DNA of 44,948 nucleotides from Candidatus Pacearchaeota archaeon UBA284 (GCA_002499185.1 DAKN01000102.1:15060-60007); one strand, 5' to 3'. Counted from the first letter of the stretch, positions 27,938 through 36,862 are shown. Made by a program: numbers and translations. Notes: generated by a model from the letters alone, not told the origin.

Positions 27938-28534
27938 CTATAATGTTCTAAGCAAATAAAGTGCCGTTCCAGCAACCATTGGAACAATCAAATTATCATC
28001 TGCCTCTTGTTCACCAAGTTTTAGAGATATTGCTTCTGCAACCATCCCCATAATTGAAGCAATCGCACTTTCAAAAGCATTTACTACCAAGAGCCCAATT
28101 AAAAAAGAAACAAGTATTCCTGCAATAGTCCCATAAAGAGATTTATATTTATTAAATGGGTCTCGCTTATATTTTCCCCCAAATAGTCCAGCCAAGGTGG
28201 AAACAGAATCTCCAAAAGTTAATACAATTAAAGACATTAAAGCAATATCTTGGCTAAAAATCTTTATTACAAGCATTGCTCCACCCATAAAGAAGATAAA
28301 ACCTTTTCCAGGAAAATTCTTGTTATGGTCTCTTTCAAAACGAGCCAACAAAAAACCAATAAATGGGATTTTTACATTTTTTGAAACAATAGAAGAGATT
28401 ATTGCTAAAATAAGAATAAAGAGTAAAATTAAAAGAAGCACCGATTTTTCAATTATTAAATAAGATAAAATAATGATCAATCCAATTAAAAGATGTATGA
28501 GTTGTCTACCAATTTCTAATTTTTTTATTTCCAT
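27938..28534 (-). CDS. polyprenol (dolichol/phytol) kinase-like CTP-dependent membrane enzyme
   Basis: 198 aa, multi-TM. FERDHNKNFPGKGFIFFMGG, GDSVSTLAGLFGGKYKR...KSLYGTIAG and DNLIVP resemble the dolichol kinase / cytidylyltransferase family. Confidence 0.55.
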   Translation of the reverse strand: MEIKKLEIGRQLIHLLIGLIIILSYLIIEKSVLLLILLFILILAIISSIVSKNVKIPFIGFLLARFERDHNKNFPGKGFIFFMGGAMLVIKIFSQDIALMSLIVLTFGDSVSTLAGLFGGKYKRDPFNKYKSLYGTIAGILVSFLIGLLVVNAFESAIASIMGMVAEAISLKLGEQEADDNLIVPMVAGTALYLLRTL

Positions 28535-29121
28535 TTTTTAATATTAAAAAGAGATTTAATTAAGAAGCTAATAGAATAACCCACAATGGCTCCAAAAAAA
28601 AGATCACTCAAATAATGATAACCGAAAACGAATCTTGTTGCAAAAATAAAGGCAATAAACACAACATAAATGATTTTAAGGGGTTTTGAATTTTTATTTA
28701 AAAAAGGCACCAATGAAAACAAACCGGTTGCATGTCCTGAAGGAAAACTATCTCCTCCAAAAAATAAATTTGGTCTTGGTTTGTAAATTAACTGCTTTAA
28801 TATAAGAGAGATTAATAAAGAAATAACAAAGGCCAATAAAAAAGATACTATTTTTTTCTTTTTTAATCTATTATCCTCTTTTTTATTTTCTTTTTGAATA
28901 GAAATAGCAAATAATCCAAAAATAATAATAGCCGGAAAAAAAATTAAATCTTGTTGGAAAATAAAAATTAAATTTTGGATATTTTCACTAATATTTAACT
29001 TAAACAACGAATAAAGGGAATTATCAAATAAAATTAATGTAAGATAAAATAAACTTGCAATTAAATAAATCGAAAAAATCCCCAATATTTTTTTTGATGC
29101 GATATCTTTCTTTTTTTTCAT
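28525..29121 (-). CDS. PAP2-family lipid phosphate/pyrophosphate phosphatase
   Basis: The three PAP2 motifs are present: KQLIYKPRP, FPSGH and TRFVFGYHYLSD. 10-nt overlap with the downstream kinase-like gene. Confidence 0.8.
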   Translation of the reverse strand: MKKKKDIASKKILGIFSIYLIASLFYLTLILFDNSLYSLFKLNISENIQNLIFIFQQDLIFFPAIIIFGLFAISIQKENKKEDNRLKKKKIVSFLLAFVISLLISLILKQLIYKPRPNLFFGGDSFPSGHATGLFSLVPFLNKNSKPLKIIYVVFIAFIFATRFVFGYHYLSDLFFGAIVGYSISFLIKSLFNIKKWK

Positions 29122-29171
29122 TAGAATTTAAATCTGATAAAATATATAAATCATACTATTAAATTAAAAAT

Positions 29172-29705
29172 ATGGATAAGGTAAAGGAGATAATCATAAG
29201 GTATGTGCTTGCCTTTTTTCCATTCATTTTTTTTAATCAAGTTTATTGGTTTTTAAAATATATAACATTTAATATGTTATCCCTTATATTTTCACTATTT
29301 GCAAAAGTAAACACAAATTTTTCTGAAAATACTATTTATATAAATGAACAGAGCATTCTTTTAATTGAACCATGCATAGCTGTTTCGGCATTCATTCTGC
29401 TATTTCTTTTGAATATCACAAGTCCAGATATAGATTTCAAAAAAAGAATTTACTCTTTTTTTCTTTCAATAATCTTTTTGTTTATTTTTAACATAATTAG
29501 AATAATTTTCTTATTTTCAATTTTCAATTTTCAATTTTTTGATATTGTTCATTTAATAGTTTGGTATGGATTAAGCACACTCGTCGTTTTTCTTGATTGG
29601 ATTTTAATGATAAAGCTATTTAATATAAAAACGATTCCCGTTATCTCAGATATTATTTATCTTATTTTTTATATAAAACAAGATATAAAAAGATCCAAAA
29701 GTTAA
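29172..29705 (+). CDS. short exosortase/archaeosortase-family candidate (DPANN-type archaeosortase-like)
   Basis: 177 aa, polytopic. The ordered candidate catalytic residues Cys (IEPCIAVSA), Arg (NIIRIIF) and His (IVHLIVWYG) lie in membrane-proximal positions as in archaeosortases. Assigned by pattern only. Confidence 0.45.
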   Translation: MDKVKEIIIRYVLAFFPFIFFNQVYWFLKYITFNMLSLIFSLFAKVNTNFSENTIYINEQSILLIEPCIAVSAFILLFLLNITSPDIDFKKRIYSFFLSIIFLFIFNIIRIIFLFSIFNFQFFDIVHLIVWYGLSTLVVFLDWILMIKLFNIKTIPVISDIIYLIFYIKQDIKRSKS

Positions 29706-29774
29706 AAAATAATTTTTAAAATATAAAACAAGATCTAATAAAAAGAATTTATTTAGAAAATTTAATTGATTTTC

Positions 29775-30269
29775 TCAAAAAAGAGTTTTTAATCCAACAG
29801 TTAACATTAACACAACAAATGCAGCAATTATTATGCCCAAACACATGGCAAAAAAACTTCTTGTTCTTTTAAGTTTCATAAGCCAAGCAATTAAAGTTCC
29901 AGTCCACGCACCCGTTATGGGTAGGGGGATTGCAACAAAGATTGCAAGAGCCAAAATTCCATAAGTTTCATAATTTTTTTCTACTTTTTCTTTTCTGTGT
30001 TGTATTTTATTAAGAAATTTTGCAAAAGTTTTATCATAAAAAGGCCATTTTATCAAAAGATGGTGCAGCGTATCTAAAAAAAGAAAAACAAAAGGGATTA
30101 TTAATATATTACCTAAAATAGATATAAAAAAAACAACCCATATGTTCATATTAAAAATTAAAATACCTGTTGGAATGGCCCCCCGTAATTCAGAAATGGG
30201 TAGAAAAGAGATCAATGCTACAGCAAGTGCTGGAAAACTAGATAATTGATTTATAATAGACTCTATCAT
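29775..30269 (-). CDS. small membrane protein (COG2426 / small multidrug export-like)
   Basis: 164 aa, 4-5 TM. The N-terminal motif PISELRGAIPTG is recalled from that family. Confidence 0.45.
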   Translation of the reverse strand: MIESIINQLSSFPALAVALISFLPISELRGAIPTGILIFNMNIWVVFFISILGNILIIPFVFLFLDTLHHLLIKWPFYDKTFAKFLNKIQHRKEKVEKNYETYGILALAIFVAIPLPITGAWTGTLIAWLMKLKRTRSFFAMCLGIIIAAFVVLMLTVGLKTLF

Positions 30270-30374
30270 ATAGATAATAAGAAATTGATATTTAAAAATA
30301 CAATTATGCAGACGATTTCAAAACCAGATAAGTCTACAAAAGGTTAGCTTTTACTTTATCTAAATAATAATAGA

Positions 30375-30665
30375 TTAACCAAATAAGGCAGCTAGACCTT
30401 CTGCAGCTTCTTCATGTTTTTCTTCATGTTTCTCTTCTTTTACTTCAGCTTTTGTTGCTCCAGCACCGGCTGCACCCCCAATAGGCATTGCTACTGCTTC
30501 GCTTAATGCTTTTTCAATGTCAACACCTTTTAAGCTTGCGACAACTGTTTTAACTTTTGCATCGTCTGCAGATATTCCTACAGATTCAACTATCTTTTTG
30601 ATCCCATCTTCAGTTATCTCCTTACCGGTCTTATGCAATAATAAAGCTGCATAAATGTATTCCAT
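30375..30665 (-). CDS. rpl12: 50S ribosomal stalk protein P1 (L12e)
   Basis: 96 aa. MEYIYAALLLH N-terminus, Ala/Gly hinge, and acidic tail ending GLAALFG. Confidence 0.92.
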   Translation of the reverse strand: MEYIYAALLLHKTGKEITEDGIKKIVESVGISADDAKVKTVVASLKGVDIEKALSEAVAMPIGGAAGAGATKAEVKEEKHEEKHEEAAEGLAALFG

Positions 30666-30666
30666 T

Positions 30667-31464
30667 TTATTCCTCCAATGAATTTTCAGTTTGAACTGAG
30701 TATAAATTTAATTTTTGAGCTTGCATATTTGCTTTTCCAAGAAGTATTTTTATCGTTTCTTTTACTGGATAATTGATGTGTATTGCTAAATTCAATGCTT
30801 CTGAATTTTTTAAAAGCAATTCTTGTAGCATTCCTTTTTTATCAACCCTTATTCCGGCCAATACTTTTTGTGAATTTGAATCATAAGCAGCAATCGTAAT
30901 AAAACCGCTTGTAAATGGGTTAATATTTAATAATGAAAGAACATCACAAACATTTTTTGATATTTTTTCTCCATTTTTTACTAAAACAGCTCTTTCTTTA
31001 ATCGTTATTTTTCCACCATCAATTCCCGCCTTTAATTTTACTTTAGTTAATTCAGATAATGCAGGTCCCGCAGGTAAATCTGTTGGACCTGACTCAATAA
31101 CTAAATCCATAGGAGCTATTTGTCCAACCTTTGCTTTAGTTGGTCTTTTTAAATCTTCTAATATTGATGCAATATCTAAAGCATCTTTTTCTGAAAATAA
31201 CAATGCAAAATTTTTATCTAAATGTTGTTCTAGCTGCTCAATATTTTTCTTTTCATTTTTTGATTTTTCAATTGCTAACAACACGAGTCTTTTTTTTATG
31301 AGTTTTGTTATTATCCCTTCTTTTTTTAGAGCATGTTTTAATTCATTAAAAAAAGAAGAGGATACACCTTCTACAGAGACTAACAATATAGTTGGATATT
31401 CATTCATAAGCTTGGCTAAATCATTAACATATTTTTTCTTTACTTCAGGAATTTCCCTTTTCAT
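30667..31464 (-). CDS. rpl10: 50S ribosomal protein L10 / P0
   Basis: Position between L1 and P1 with typical L10 N-terminal pattern. The start is taken at Met12 (31464), which has GGGG 6 nt upstream. The ORF extends to 31497 and would then overlap L1. Confidence 0.88.
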   Translation of the reverse strand: MKREIPEVKKKYVNDLAKLMNEYPTILLVSVEGVSSSFFNELKHALKKEGIITKLIKKRLVLLAIEKSKNEKKNIEQLEQHLDKNFALLFSEKDALDIASILEDLKRPTKAKVGQIAPMDLVIESGPTDLPAGPALSELTKVKLKAGIDGGKITIKERAVLVKNGEKISKNVCDVLSLLNINPFTSGFITIAAYDSNSQKVLAGIRVDKKGMLQELLLKNSEALNLAIHINYPVKETIKILLGKANMQAQKLNLYSVQTENSLEE

Positions 31465-31471
31465 ATCCCCA

Positions 31472-32128
31472 TCATTTTTTCTTTTTTTCTTTAACATTTT
31501 GCGTTTGTTTTAAAACCATTTTTACTGGGTGGCTCATTGTAAATTTAAGCATTATATTTTTAATATTCAACTCTCTTTTTGGAAGGCCGTTAACAACTGC
31601 CGCATAAACAATCTCTATATTCTTTGAAATTTCTTCATCTTTCATATTTTCTTTTCCAATAGCTAATTTAAGCCCCTTATCTTTGGCTCTAATTTTTATT
31701 GTTTTTGAAAGTTTTTCTAAAATGTTTTTTAGTGCATCATCATTTTCTTGCATAATAACCCCCCCCATTTTTGGATCAGGCATTTTACCCATTGCACCCA
31801 AAATCTTACCAAATTTTGCAGCGAGTAATGGCATTAGTTTTGCTGAAGCGATAAAGAAATCATAATCTCTTGCTAATTTTTTAACATCTTTTGATTCTAA
31901 TTTTTCTATTTCTATTTTAGTAATTGTTTTTTCAAGAATATTATTTTGGTTTTCTAAAAAACCACAAACTCTTTTTTTATTTGCTAAATGGGCCAATTCT
32001 GCAAAAGTATTAAGAGATTCACGTCTAGGATCAAAATCTTTAAGATTAATAATTAAGTCAAATGTTTGCTCAAAATTTCTTTTTTCAGATTTTTCTCTTA
32101 ATTGTTTAACAAGTGTTAGAAAATCCAT
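31472..32128 (-). CDS. rpl1: 50S ribosomal protein L1
   Basis: 218 aa. The pattern FDLIINLKD...FFIASAKLMPLLAAKFGKILGAMGKMP is typical of L1. GGAGG lies 6 nt upstream of the ATG. Confidence 0.92.
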   Translation of the reverse strand: MDFLTLVKQLREKSEKRNFEQTFDLIINLKDFDPRRESLNTFAELAHLANKKRVCGFLENQNNILEKTITKIEIEKLESKDVKKLARDYDFFIASAKLMPLLAAKFGKILGAMGKMPDPKMGGVIMQENDDALKNILEKLSKTIKIRAKDKGLKLAIGKENMKDEEISKNIEIVYAAVVNGLPKRELNIKNIMLKFTMSHPVKMVLKQTQNVKEKKKK

Positions 32129-32222
32129 TCTAACCTCCTACATTACAAGCCTAAACTTGTGGTAGTTTAAATCGGTAATATTTATCAATAAAATTGGAGG
32201 TTTATAAAGGTTTTGTAATTAT

Positions 32223-32672
32223 CTATTTTGTTTTATCTATTTCCATTAAATATTCTTTAATTCTGGAAACAATGCTACTAATATAAAATTTTTCTATTTT
32301 TTCTTCAAATAATTTACTCAAGGATTCAAGTTCATTAATCTGATAACCACTAGCTGTTTTTTCTACAAGAAAAATATCTTTTAATCTTTTTAATTGTCGC
32401 CGTATATTTGATTCTGCTATGCCCCGTATCTCTAAATTATGGATTTCTCTGTTTTTTATTATTCTTTCTTTTATTTCATCTACCTCTAATTCTTTCTTCA
32501 ACTCTTTTGATTCAATTAAAATCTGAAGAATATCTACTATTATATCTCTAGAATCTCCCGGTTGTAACAAACCAAGACCCAAACAAATTTTTTTAATAAG
32601 TTCTCTTTTTTTTAAGTTTATGGGGGATTCATATTTTCTTAAGGTAATTTCTGCAATAGAATTTTCTCTCAT
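32223..32672 (-). CDS. hypothetical winged-helix-like protein
   Basis: 149 aa. The segment IRGIAESNIRRQLKRLKDIFLVEKTASGYQI resembles a wHTH recognition helix plus wing. Confidence 0.45.
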   Translation of the reverse strand: MRENSIAEITLRKYESPINLKKRELIKKICLGLGLLQPGDSRDIIVDILQILIESKELKKELEVDEIKERIIKNREIHNLEIRGIAESNIRRQLKRLKDIFLVEKTASGYQINELESLSKLFEEKIEKFYISSIVSRIKEYLMEIDKTK

Positions 32673-32787
32673 AGTTTTCTTAAGAGGAGTCCATTTAAAT
32701 ATTTTTATCCATTATAATAAAAAGATGCTTGGGGATTATCTTTTACATTACAACAATCTTTATAAAAGAAAATCTTTTCTTTCTTCG

Positions 32788-33150
32788 ATGGAATTAATTG
32801 CATTAGCATCTAGTGGAAAGGGTACCTGGGGGCAAATATCTGGTTTAATAAACAAGCAAAAATGGGATAAGATTATTCTCATATGCCCCGATTTTTTTAA
32901 ACAAAATTTACAATCTTTCGATTTTACACAAAAAGCCGAAATTTTTTCTTTTAATTTTGATAAACCAATAGCACAACTAATTCTAGAAATAAGAGATAAG
33001 CTTAAAACAAAAATTGATGGAACAGAAGTTGCATTAAGTATAGCAAGTGGAGATGGAAGAGAGCACATGATTCTAATTTCATCAATTTTACAAGTGCCAG
33101 CAGGCATAAAATTTGTCGCATTAACTAAAGACGGAATTCTTGAATTTTAA
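32788..33150 (+). CDS. hypothetical small Rossmann-like protein
   Basis: The ORF opens at 32620, but that start overlaps the divergent gene. Met at 32788 has TTTATAAAAG about 25 nt upstream, and Met at 32725 is an alternative. Contains ELIALASSGKGTWGQ and VALSIASGDGREHMILISS loops. Confidence 0.45.
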   Translation: MELIALASSGKGTWGQISGLINKQKWDKIILICPDFFKQNLQSFDFTQKAEIFSFNFDKPIAQLILEIRDKLKTKIDGTEVALSIASGDGREHMILISSILQVPAGIKFVALTKDGILEF

Positions 33151-33191
33151 AGAATCAAAACAAATAAAAAGGGTTTTGATTTTGTTTTAAT

Positions 33192-34148
33192 ATGAAAAAT
33201 AAAAAGAATGCAAAAATTAATGATTTGATATTTAGGGAACTTATTAAAAGAGGATACCATCTAGAAGGAAACACAAGAGTATGGAATCTTGCAGATTCTA
33301 AATTATGGTATATAACACCTTCACAAGCACAGGCTTTTTTAGATTTAGAAAGATCAAAAGAATATCAAAAAGATGTTATTCAAAAAGAAATAGATTTAAT
33401 AGAAAAAAATATAGATGAAATAATAGATGGTATAAGAGATAAACCCGTAAATATTATTGATATTGGTTGTGGAGATGGAAAAAAAGCGGTTATTTTTTTA
33501 AGTTATCTTAAAAACACAAATAAACTAAGATATTGTCCGATAGATATTAGTTCTTATATGGTTGAGAAAGCTATAGAAAAAATGTCTAAGATGAATATTA
33601 AAGAAATTATTAAACTTCAATGGAATATTTCGGATTTTGAAAATTTAGAAAATATAACTCCTTTACTTAGATTTGGAGAATATAAAAATAATTTTATCTT
33701 GCTTCTTGGGAATACCTTGGGTAACTTTGAAATTCATGAACTTTTATATGAAATAAGAAGTTCTATGACCGATGGAGATTTCTTATTAATCGGCAATGGA
33801 TTAGACAATAGAAATCCTGAAGAAATAACAAAAGCATATAAAAATGAACAAATAGATGAATGGCTCGTAAAAATTTTAACACAAATAGGATTAGATAAAA
33901 AAGATTTAATATATGATGTAAGGTTTAAAAATTCCAGAATAGAGGAATATTATAGTCTTTTAAGAGATGTAGAAATTTCTTTTTTAGGAAAAACAGTAAA
34001 ATTTAACAAAGGAGATCAGATAATAACTGCTGTTTCCTATAAATATGATTCTGATGATTTAAGGGGCGTTCTAAAAATGTATTTTGATGATGTAAAAATG
34101 TATATATCTAAGGATAAGTTATATGCTCTTGCCCTTTGTAGAAAATAA
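33192..34148 (+). CDS. SAM-dependent methyltransferase, EgtD-like (Methyltransf_33 pattern)
   Basis: 318 aa. IIDIGCGDGKKA SAM motif I, YCPIDIS, LLGNTLGNF. The overall layout resembles histidine N-alpha-methyltransferase-type enzymes. Confidence 0.55.
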   Translation: MKNKKNAKINDLIFRELIKRGYHLEGNTRVWNLADSKLWYITPSQAQAFLDLERSKEYQKDVIQKEIDLIEKNIDEIIDGIRDKPVNIIDIGCGDGKKAVIFLSYLKNTNKLRYCPIDISSYMVEKAIEKMSKMNIKEIIKLQWNISDFENLENITPLLRFGEYKNNFILLLGNTLGNFEIHELLYEIRSSMTDGDFLLIGNGLDNRNPEEITKAYKNEQIDEWLVKILTQIGLDKKDLIYDVRFKNSRIEEYYSLLRDVEISFLGKTVKFNKGDQIITAVSYKYDSDDLRGVLKMYFDDVKMYISKDKLYALALCRK

Positions 34149-34527
34149 ATTAAAGATAGTTCTTTCTTTGCTTAAAAATATCAAGAAAAATTTATGAATT
34201 TTATATAAAAAAATAAAAAAAAGAAAAGAAAAAAATTAGAATTTTTTAACTATTTATTTCTTCTTTTTCTTTTTTACTGCTTTCTTTTTTGCCATTTTTT
34301 TACCTCTTTCTTTTTGAATATTTAATTTTGATAAAAATAAAATGTTGTTTTTGTTTAAATACTTTTTCTTTTTTCAGAATTTTTTTCTAAATCGTAAAAA
34401 ATGAAATAAATTATACCGTCGAGAAAAAATTACTAAGAATTTTTCATAAAACCATAAATAGAAAATTAAGGTATTTAACAAAGATTATTTTATTTTTTAT
34501 TTTTTGTAAATTAATATAAAAATCTCC

Positions 34528-34554
34528 TTTTTTAATATGGACCGACCGGGAATT
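34528..34554. repeat. orphan copy of the 27-bp direct repeat (3' end of tRNA-Ala(CGC) plus 10 nt of flank)
   Basis: TTTTTTAATATGGACCGACCGGGAATT, identical to 34638-34664. Confidence 0.95.
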
Positions 34555-34637
34555 CGCTCAAAAATCTTTTGAATTTTTGGCGCGCCAAAAACGCCATTGC
34601 GTTTTTTAGCGGAACCGGATCAATTCCCCAAAAAGAA

Positions 34638-34664
34638 TTTTTTAATATGGACCGACCGGGAATT
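34638..34664. repeat. tRNA-embedded copy of the 27-bp direct repeat
   Basis: Exact match to 34528-34554. Covers tRNA positions about 57-73 and the 10 nt downstream of the gene. Confidence 0.95.
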
Positions 34665-34718
34665 GAACCCGGATCCCATCCATGCGAAAGATGAATTCTA
34701 CCGTTAAACTATCGGCCC
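34648..34718 (-). tRNA. tRNA-Ala(CGC)
   Basis: Hand-folded. Acceptor GGGCCGA/TCGGTCC with G3:U70. Anticodon stem CATCT/GGATG, loop TT-CGC-AT. T arm CCGGG-TTCAATT-CCCGG. Discriminator A. Confidence 0.85.
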
Positions 34719-34736
34719 AATAAAATAATTAAGAAA

Positions 34737-36155
34737 TTACAGCTTAAAAAGCCATATGACCATAAGAAGTAAAAATATTAAAATTACAATAAAACTGAAT
34801 AGAGAATAGATTCTTTCCGCTATTTTTTTTGATTTTGTTAATGCAAAAAAAGCCAAATAGATGAATCTTCCACCATCTAAAAAGGCCAATGGAAGCATAT
34901 TAATCAATGAAACTGAAATTAAGATTATTATTAACCAGAAAAATAAATCTCTAAAAAAGATTAAAATGTCTTTGCTACCGGAAATTTTTTCAGTTACATT
35001 AGCATAAGGGTAAAAATAAGGGGATGAAAGTGATCCGAAAAAATTCTGAGTAGGAGATAATTGCATAAATTGTATTCCAATATAGCCCCTGGTTTTATTA
35101 ATAGAATTTTCTGCTAAGGTAATATTGTATTCTTTATTTGTGGTTTCAATAATAATTTGTTCCCCAGTTTGATAATTTCTTAAAATTTCTTCAATATCTT
35201 CTATTTTTTCTACTTTTTTACCATCTATTTTTCTTATAGCCCCCGATAAATTTGCTCTTATTGCTGGAGAATCATTAAACAAGACCATAATTTCTGTTGA
35301 ATTTGATTTTATACTATTAACTTGCACTAAAAGATCTTTATTCAACAAATATCTATGTGAATCCTTTGTAAAAACCAAAACATTTTCATCATCAACAAAA
35401 TTAAGCATTTCAGAATTATTTAAGGACATAAATTCTGAAAAATTATAGGGACCAATTTTATCTATTTGAGAAATATTTAATTTTTCAATAGAATAAATAT
35501 ATCCTGTTACTCCATCTCGTTCATAAAAACCCATAAAAAATAATTGTAATATTAAAAGAAAAATTATTGCAAACAAAATATTTGAAAAACTGCCCGCAGA
35601 AACAACAGCCATTTGCTTTCTTTTTGTTTTTCTCTTCATCGTTTCTTCATCCGGCTCTACAAATGCTGCTAAAAATGGTCCAAGAAAACCAAAACCGGTT
35701 GATTTTATTTTTATATTATGTCTTGCAGCATATATTCCGTGACCAAATTCATGAACAACAGCAATGATTGCTATAACAATTAACCAATAGGTAAAATAAA
35801 AAGGAGGTAACGGTAGATTGAACATTTGTGGCATATAAGGAATTAATGGCATCAGGGGGGGAACTTTTGTAATAATCGAGGTAGAAAAAAGCAAGATGGT
35901 CATGCTTTGAATTAATAAGTACAAACTAAAAACCATTGCTATGAATCCGTAAGTTATAGAAACCGGTTCAAGAAAATCAATCAATTTAGAAAACTTTTTG
36001 CTGAACCAATTAATTGTTTTTATTCCAGCTCTTGTACGATATAATAAAAAAATCTTACTTTCTGTTTTTAATTTTTTCTTATGGGTTATTAGAAAAGCCG
36101 TGACAGCAATACAAAATATTGCTAAACCAATTAAATCATAAACCATAAAAGACAT
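34737..36155 (-). CDS. M50-family site-2 protease with PDZ-like insert
   Basis: 472 aa. HEFGHG zinc motif within a TM helix, C-terminal NMLPLAFLDGGR, and a central soluble region between TM blocks. Confidence 0.85.
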   Translation of the reverse strand: MSFMVYDLIGLAIFCIAVTAFLITHKKKLKTESKIFLLYRTRAGIKTINWFSKKFSKLIDFLEPVSITYGFIAMVFSLYLLIQSMTILLFSTSIITKVPPLMPLIPYMPQMFNLPLPPFYFTYWLIVIAIIAVVHEFGHGIYAARHNIKIKSTGFGFLGPFLAAFVEPDEETMKRKTKRKQMAVVSAGSFSNILFAIIFLLILQLFFMGFYERDGVTGYIYSIEKLNISQIDKIGPYNFSEFMSLNNSEMLNFVDDENVLVFTKDSHRYLLNKDLLVQVNSIKSNSTEIMVLFNDSPAIRANLSGAIRKIDGKKVEKIEDIEEILRNYQTGEQIIIETTNKEYNITLAENSINKTRGYIGIQFMQLSPTQNFFGSLSSPYFYPYANVTEKISGSKDILIFFRDLFFWLIIILISVSLINMLPLAFLDGGRFIYLAFFALTKSKKIAERIYSLFSFIVILIFLLLMVIWLFKL

Positions 36156-36205
36156 TTTAATTAGGATTTTAAAAGCATAAATTTTATAAAAATTTATTAG
36201 TTTAA

Positions 36206-36379
36206 TTAAGCCTTCCCTGTTTTCTTTTTCTTCGTTCTTAAAGCACTCCCCTTACATTTCCTACATTTTGCTTTTCCATCTGCTACTTTTTTAGGATCTG
36301 CTTTAATTTTAGAACCGCAGGTTTTGCATATAAAAACTCCCCCATATAGCCTTTGTTGTGCCGCTTCAATTTTTGCCAT
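36206..36379 (-). CDS. rpl40e: 50S ribosomal protein L40e (57 aa), not in the supplied ORF track
   Basis: Hand translation gives MAKIEAAQQRLYGGVFICKTCGSKIKADPKKVADGKAKCRKCKGSALRTKKKKTGKA. It has a CxxC..CxxC ribbon and a basic tail, as in archaeal L40e. Confidence 0.75.
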   Translation of the reverse strand: MAKIEAAQQRLYGGVFICKTCGSKIKADPKKVADGKAKCRKCKGSALRTKKKKTGKA

Positions 36380-36419
36380 TTTTCTGTTTTTTTATTTTTA
36401 ATATTTGGTTATCATAAAT

Positions 36420-36818
36420 TTAATTTATTTTTCTTTTAACAATTTTTTCACCTTCAACGTCCCAATATTCTACTTGGTCATTTTCAGCTAAGTCATTGAT
36501 TATGTCTTTATCTGTTTTCATCTCAATAGTTTCAAAACTTTCTAAATCCATTAATGAAACTTTTTCTCCATTTTTATCAATTGTCAATATTTGCCCTTTC
36601 TTTTTTTCTATTAGGGGCACTGAAAACCGTTCATGGCCTGGTGCAATTGTTACTCTTTTTTTACCATCAATTATACCAATAGCTTCAAATCTACATTTGC
36701 TCGCACCATGTTTTCCTGTTTTGCTTATATCTACATTTTTTATAGTGCATGAAGCACCATCAATTATCGCAGTGCTGCCCTGTTTCAGTTCTGTTGCATT
36801 GACTAATTTTAATGGCAT
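36420..36818 (-). CDS. eif5a: translation initiation factor 5A (aIF5A)
   Basis: 132 aa. Hypusine loop SKTGKHGASK and a C-terminal OB domain. Confidence 0.93.
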   Translation of the reverse strand: MPLKLVNATELKQGSTAIIDGASCTIKNVDISKTGKHGASKCRFEAIGIIDGKKRVTIAPGHERFSVPLIEKKKGQILTIDKNGEKVSLMDLESFETIEMKTDKDIINDLAENDQVEYWDVEGEKIVKRKIN

Positions 36819-36862
36819 GTTAATGAGAAAAAATTTTAATTTATAAAGGTTGTCCTTTTTAA

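Noticed and set aside
32129-32222. Possible L1 autoregulatory mRNA structure in the rpl1 leader (hairpin ACAAG-TTTAGG-CTTGT on the minus strand, just upstream of GGAGG).
   Set aside because: I could not match it by eye to the 23S rRNA L1-binding site mimic, and a 5-bp stem alone is not evidence.
32620-32787. N-terminal extension of the 32620..33150 ORF. Likewise 3128..3187 for the 2777 gene, 31465..31497 for L10, and the TTG at 38407 for ftsZ.
   Set aside because: The extensions overlap neighbouring genes or consume the promoter. Internal ATGs have better TATA or Shine-Dalgarno spacing and give conventional N-termini.
34255-34296. 13-codon polybasic micro-ORF MAKKKAVKKKKKK on the minus strand, with AGAGGT 8 nt upstream.
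   Set aside because: It is too short and too low in complexity to distinguish from chance in an A-rich spacer, and it does not match my recollection of L41e-type peptides. It would be worth a look only if ribosome profiling exists.
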